From the NCBI GenBank assembly GCA_963575745.1, contig CAUYUJ010000114.1:744001-808000 (forward strand): a stretch of DNA of 64,000 nt. The letters are read 5' to 3'. The position numbers and the translations under genes are program-made. This DNA is from Prorocentrum cordatum. Taxonomy: Eukaryota. Of the stretch, positions 59,811 to 64,000 are shown piece by piece (the stretch's first letter is position 1; every line of letters starts with the position of its first letter). Below the pieces are notes generated by a model. The model saw only the letters and a list, made by a program, of their open reading frames with translations. It did no database searches and had not been told where the DNA came from.

Positions 59811-61394
59811 GGGGCGTCCCCAGTTCGGGGTCGGAAAAGGTCGCCGATTTATTGTGAGCTCGATTGTCAGCTGGCCTGCCACTGGCCCTCACGGGCCACC
59901 CCTCCCTATGGGGCTCGCACTTAATGTTGGGAATCCGACTGTTGTATGCCGAACTGGTCGTCGGCAAGGCTGTCCCAACGGCTGGCCCCCCGCGCCCCAG
60001 CGGTTCGCGGGGTTGTCCACACGGCCTCGGCCGCGGGGCTGCCCCAACGGCTTCACGATCCGGCCATCGGAAATGCGCCCTTGCCGCCCGTGGCCGCATC
60101 GGCGCCGAAGAAATCAATTTGCCCTGGCCAGGGAGCCAGAGGCGGTGCTTGAGGAGAGCAGGCAGGAGGAGGACAAGAAAGGGAGAATGAGTAGTATGGC
60201 GAGGAGGCGGAGGAGGCGGAGGAGGCGGAGGAGGCGGAGGCGTAGGAGGAGGAGGAGGAGGAGGAGGAGGAGGAGGAGGAGGAGGAGCAGGAGGAGGAGG
60301 AGGAGTAGGAGCAGGAGGAGGAGGAGAAGGAGGAGGAGGAGAAGGAGGACGAGGTGGAGGAGGAAGAAAAGGAGGAAGAGAAGGAGGATCATGAGGAGGA
60401 GGACGAGGAGGAGGAGGAGGAGGAGGAGGAGGAGGAGGAGGAAAGGACGAAAAGGAGGAGGGTACTCAACGTGAACGTTTGCCCAACGTAAGAAGGAGGA
60501 AAGGACGAAAAGGAGGAGGAGACGGAGGGCGAAAATGACGAGGAGGAGGAGGAGGAGGAGGAGGAGGAGGAGAGACGCAACAGAGAGCGGGAGGAGAGCC
60601 CGCCAAGGCGAATAGGACCAAACGAGGGGCAAGCTAAATAGACCCTCGTGTGGGTCTTACCGTCGGAGTAATTTTCTTCAGATCGGGAATCATTCGTCGA
60701 TTTCGTTTTCCGGAGACGGGGTTCGAGCCATGGGGCCATTCACGATGGATCTTGGGGGAAACAGCTGGCCCCGGGGAAGGGGTCGGGACTTCTGGGGCTG
60801 CGCTTTTGTCCCCGCGCCCTATCGGGACCCTCCAGAAAGGGGGATGACCAGTACGGGTGTCACCACCTCCTCCTGGCAGCCGAGGATCGACAGGACGGAG
60901 GATCGAGGATGGAGATGATCGAGGAGGTCTTGTGTTTTTTTTGCGCCTGACTGCATCCTGGAGTGCCTCCGAGGGTCCCGAAGGACCGACAGGAGGGGAG
61001 GATCGAGGATGAAGAGGATCGAGGAGGTCTTGTGTTGTTCTGGGGCCTGACTGCATCCTGGAGTGCCTCCGAGGGTCCCGAGAGGGCCCCTTTTCACCAC
61101 CCACCAAACCACCCCAACCCAACCCGAAGGCCCAAATTTATCCTCGATTTCCAGTGGGGGGGGTCGGGGAACCTTGAAAAAACACATGGAACCCGTACCC
61201 CCCCAAACCTGAAATTCGGGTCAAATTCGGGTCTTCGGGTTGGGTTGGGGTGATCTGGTAGGTAGTCACCCTTGCTCGAGAAGGCGGCGACCCTCCCCCG
61301 TGGTGGGACCCTTCCCGGCGCTGCCTGCACAGCGCTCGTGCGCGCGCGCGCGCCAGTCCCCTCCCCTTCGGGAGCTGCGACGGCCGGGTCTTCA

Positions 61395-61806
61395 CGAAGT
61401 CGGGCCCGTCCCTCTGCAGTCGGGGCTCAAGAGACGGGGGTCAATGCAAACAGGGGTCAGCCAGGGCACCGGATCCTGAAGGATCCTGCGAAGACCCCTT
61501 CTGGCTGACCCGAGTTAGCGAGCCGCTCGTGGCCGCGAGGCGGCCGCCTATATTGGCTGACCCGGGTTTGCGAAGACCTGCGTTGCAGTTGTTTTTCCTG
61601 CATTGCAGTTTTTTGGTTTCCTGCAGACCCGGGTCTGGATTGACCCGGGTCAGAGGATCCCCGATACAGGAGGAAAGCTCAAAAACAGTCAAAGAATAGG
61701 CTGGGGGCTATTTTTATGATATTTGTTGGCCCTTCTGGAAGATTCTCTGAGCATTTTTTAGATGGTTCGTCGAGAATCCCCCCTGTAGGGGGACACGCCC
61801 GACTTG
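61395..61806. mobile_element. MITE family A copy split by a nested insertion
   Basis: Left TIR near 61396 (gaagtcgggcccgtccctctgcag); body and right TIR at 61666-61806; foreign sequence between. Confidence 0.6.
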
Positions 61807-63065
61807 CGTCTCCCGCTGGTTGTGCCAATTCGCTTTCGGGCCCAGCACCCTGGGCCGCTCGGGCGGCTCACGGGGCGGCCCGCGCAGCGCGCCGACGCCG
61901 AGGAGGGTGGGGTGGGGGGGGAGTTCTCGGGCGGCGTCGGCTGGCCATCCCGCCTGGCCCGGGCCCGGCCGATCCCTGTCAGAAAACACTTTGACGCTCC
62001 TTCCCGGAACTTTCGTATCGATCGCGCCTTCTGCCATGGTTCACCGGGGCTCGAGGCTTGACCGCCGCGGACATGGAAACTGGTGTTACACGCTCATGCT
62101 ATGCTCTACCACATGCCTGTCTTCTAACACCTTCTCCTCCTCTTCCTCCTCCTCCTCCTCCTTTTCCTCCTCCCCCTCCTTCCCCTCGTCCCCCCTGGTG
62201 TATACGGGTGCCCGGCCAGGCCTGTGGAGGACGGTCAGTGGAGCGGAAGCATGTTGCCAGATCATGTCCAGATGCCTGAAACATGTGTTACACATTGCTT
62301 AAACATGTAAAACAGCGTGTTAAAAACGTATTTAAAACATGCTGGGCGATTGGGCATGGGTCGGGCCGGGCGAAAGGGGGGGATTGGGAAACGGGGGGTT
62401 ACGAAATCTGCTGCATGCAGCTGGTTTCGGCCACACCGAGGGGCCCATTCCTCGATACATGGCCGCCTCCGGTGCCGGGAGGCGCCGGGAAAATCAGCTA
62501 CGTAAGCTGATTCTCACCCCCCCCCTTTGCTATCCCCCTTTTTCGCCCGATCCGAATGGGGTCGGTGTGTATACGGGTGCCTGGCCAGGCCTGTGGAGGA
62601 CGGTCAGTGGAGAGGAAGCATGTTGGCAAATCATTTCCAGATGCCTGAAGCATGTGTTATAAGCATGGCTTAAACATTAAATAACGTCTTCAACACATGC
62701 TTAGAACATGTTTCCGACATTTTAAACATCGGGGGTGGCAAAGAGGGGGGTGATGACTAGGGGGGGGTGGATCTCGTGGCGGGGGCCATGATATTTCCCC
62801 AGATTTCATGGCGCTTCTCCTTTTTCATTACGTCCCTGGCCCCCCCCTCCCTGGGCCGCGCACGTGCCGCCGGCCATGATTACTTGCACCCCCCCCTTCT
62901 TGGACGCCCCCCTCTCGGCCGCCCCCGAAAACACAACACATCTTAAATTCCATGGTAGGACTGTCACAGGGGGTCCGTGGTCGTGGCATCCACACGGCCG
63001 GGCCGGGAGGGCGCACCGCGCCGGTCCCCGGGCCCGGGATGGGGCCCGGCCACACGATCGGCGAA

Positions 63066-63365
63066 CAGGGCTCGAGCTAAACGGTGTTTCGGCAGTTTCG
63101 TGGACCGTTCTCGTTTTGGCTTCGTTTTGCAGCAAACTCAGGAGGGAAAGAAACACACAGACACAATTCATCGTCGACTTCCAGGAAAATATGGGAAAAT
63201 ATCGGAGATGGGGGGAAGACAAAAACCCCGAAAATATAGGCAAATATGGGGAATATTTTTATTTGTGTCTATTTATTTGTGTGTCCCAGTTCCCCTTCAC
63301 AGACGTGGAGCGAAGACAGGACGAAAGCAAAACGAAAACGGAAAACACTACTGTCGGCCCAGGGT
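63066..63365. mobile_element. MITE family H with a family C copy nested inside
   Basis: Flanks match the uninterrupted element at 50870-51017; family C body at about 63138-63296. Confidence 0.7.
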
Positions 63366-63801
63366 AGTAGGTCGACCCTGCCAGCTCAAGGGTACCCTTG
63401 TGTCCTGTGCCTCGCGGCACGTGCCTTCTTGCACTCCTACGGCGGTGTGACCCTTGGAAGGGTCTTGTGTCCTCTCGCGTGTCCTGTCCAATCATCAGAG
63501 CTTGAATTACCTACCCCGGTTTCGCTTCCAGGCAAAACCAAGCCATACCACGCGCCTCCTCGTCAAGCGGCCTGACCAGTACAGGCCGTAGTTTGGCATC
63601 CTTTGGTATCTTTTGGAAGCGAGGGTGGTCAAAAGCGAGGTATGTTTGTTTTCCCCCCAAATCAAGGCCGACTGTGTTTCTCTCGAGCCCCGTCGGCGAG
63701 GTGGTCCGCGGACGCCGCCCGCAGTCTTGGCGATCACTGCTCCAAGGGGGGGGGGCCGTTCGGGGCGCGGCCTCCCGAGCAGGCGGGGGTCGGAGGTTGA
63801 G

Positions 63802-63962
63802 TTCAGTCGGGCCCGTCCCTTTACAGGAGGAAAGTTCAAAAATGGCAAAAAAAATAGTATGGGGACGATGTTCTGAGTATTTTTGACCTTTTGTGAATAT
63901 TTGTTTGTCCATGTTCAATTCTTCCTCAAAAATCCCCCTGTAGGGGGACAGGCCCGACTTAA
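63802..63962. mobile_element. MITE family A copy
   Basis: ttcagtcgggcccgtccctttacagg...cctgtagggggacaggcccgacttaa; TSD aggttgag/agcttgat. Confidence 0.82.
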
Positions 63963-64000
63963 AGCTTGATAGACCTCCTACCCTGACACGTCGATTATGC

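Overview
GC-rich, repeat-dense eukaryotic genomic DNA with dinoflagellate hallmarks: GC-AG and GA-AG introns with AG|G junctions, and a probable spliced-leader relic. Most long ORFs in the track are artefacts of microsatellites and satellites. One host gene can be fully reconstructed by hand: a 9-exon, 508-aa type II (alternative) NADH dehydrogenase on + at 45870-53850. At least five of its eight coding introns, plus a likely 5'-UTR intron, are bounded by different MITE-like elements, and in most of them the target-site duplication supplies the splice sites (introner-type intron gain). Free copies of several of these families lie elsewhere in the window. On the minus strand there is a split DDE transposase of CACTA/Mirage/Chapaev (CMC)/Plavaka type (N-part 21519-20908, C-part about 14566-12986, separated by about 6.3 kb of satellite), a lysine/acid-rich ORF (23995-22745) and a multi-exon gene with 12-aa SPK repeats (about 37367-33981). 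These are interleaved with a recurrent ~95-bp repeat core and may form a giant intron-containing DNA transposon with cargo. The rest is nested MITEs, palindromic satellites, local segmental duplications and decayed coding fragments. All calls come from reading the sequence by eye; no database searches were run.
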